In this document: positions 63,466 through 64,000 of the stretch, piece by piece | How the letters are laid out: the number at the start of each line of letters is the position of its first letter | How positions within the stretch are numbered: position 1 is the stretch's first letter | Assembly: GCA_043717855.1 (NCBI GenBank) | Contig: JAYSWX010000118.1 | Coordinates: 605-64,604 of the forward strand | Source of the DNA: Phyllobacterium sp. | GTDB lineage: Bacteria > Pseudomonadota > Alphaproteobacteria > Rhizobiales > Rhizobiaceae | Length of the DNA: 64,000 nucleotides | Direction of reading: 5' to 3' | Notes under the pieces: model-generated | Seen by the model: only the letters and a program-made list of their open reading frames with translations | Database searches by the model: none | What the model was told of the DNA's origin: nothing | Made by a program: the position numbers and the translations under genes

Positions 63466-64000
63466 TTAAGCGAGCGAGGCCAGATAGGCGTCAATATCTT
63501 CCAATGAATTGATAGCACTGCCGCTGACATCTTTCGAGATGCGGCGTGCAAGTCCGGTTAACACCTTGCCGGTGCCGATTTCTACCAGAGAAGTCACGCC
63601 ATTTGCAGCAAACCATTCGACGCTTTCGCGCCAGCGCACTTGGCCCGTGACTTGGGCAATGAGCCTATCTGCTATTTCCTGTGAATCAGATGTCGGCGTG
63701 ACCGTCACATTAGAAAGAACTGGAATAGATGGTGCGTACTTGGCTACAGTTGCCAGCGCTTCGCGCATCGCATCTGCTGCGGGGCCCATCAGAGCGGAGT
63801 GAAAGGGTGCGGACACTGCGAGCATGATAGCGCGCTTTGCGCCCTTGGCGGTGGCAATTGCAGCGGCACGCTCCACGGCGGCCTTTGCGCCGGATATAAC
63901 CAACTGCCCGCCGCCATTATCGTTAGCAATCTGGCAGACTTCGCCCTGTGCAGCTTCAAGGCAAGCGGCGGCTACGTCGGCATCCTCCAGCCCGATAATG
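63466..64000 (-). CDS. fabD: Malonyl CoA-ACP transacylase, 5'-truncated by the window edge
   Basis: The C-terminal part (..SAPFHSALM.PA.......L...) lies in the fabD-fabG-acpP-fabF context. The frame stays open to nt 64000. Confidence 0.9.
   Translation of the reverse strand, partial: IIGLEDADVAAACLEAAQGEVCQIANDNGGGQLVISGAKAAVERAAAIATAKGAKRAIMLAVSAPFHSALMGPAADAMREALATVAKYAPSIPVLSNVTVTPTSDSQEIADRLIAQVTGQVRWRESVEWFAANGVTSLVEIGTGKVLTGLARRISKDVSGSAINSLEDIDAYLASLA

Noticed and set aside
1-64000. Search for CRISPR arrays, tRNA/rRNA genes, IS elements, integrases and toxin-antitoxin pairs
   Set aside because: By eye I found no regularly spaced direct repeats, no tRNA-like T-arm or acceptor signatures in the spacers, and no transposase-like or integrase-like ORFs. 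A tRNAscan, Rfam or ISfinder run would be needed to be certain.

Overview
This window looks like a chromosomal core segment of a mid-GC alphaproteobacterium. Gene content and order are typical of Hyphomicrobiales/Rhizobiales, which I infer from synteny and protein motifs only; no database search was possible.

The window is dominated by conserved housekeeping clusters:
- moeA / lexA / comEC / gltX / gltA
- the lipid A and envelope block lpxB-lpxI-lpxA-fabZ-lpxD-bamA-rseP-cdsA-uppS-frr-pyrH-tsf-rpsB
- clpA-clpS
- pepA-holC
- lptF-lptG-lptD-surA-pdxA-rsmA
- gmk-yicC-mltG-fabF-acpP-(insert)-fabG-fabD

I saw no rRNA, tRNA, CRISPR array or intact IS/transposase.

The non-core content is small:
1. 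A visibly AT-richer patch at about 27.8-35.2 kb carries a tandemly duplicated two-gene module of PAP2_3/AUR1-like membrane proteins (three intact genes plus one decayed copy), then azlCD and a GH3 beta-glucosidase.
2. A ~105-bp structured intergenic repeat family has three full copies and one half copy. Two of the full copies supply the stop codon of the adjacent gene.
3. A frameshifted remnant of a Mu-like prophage head gene lies between moeA and lexA.
4. A TadG-like orphan gene interrupts the fab cluster.
5. The comEC reading frame has a conserved-looking 5' part with no canonical start codon.

The PAP2-like module is the best candidate for uncharacterised biology. I do not see a clear, complete novel multi-gene system such as a defence island.
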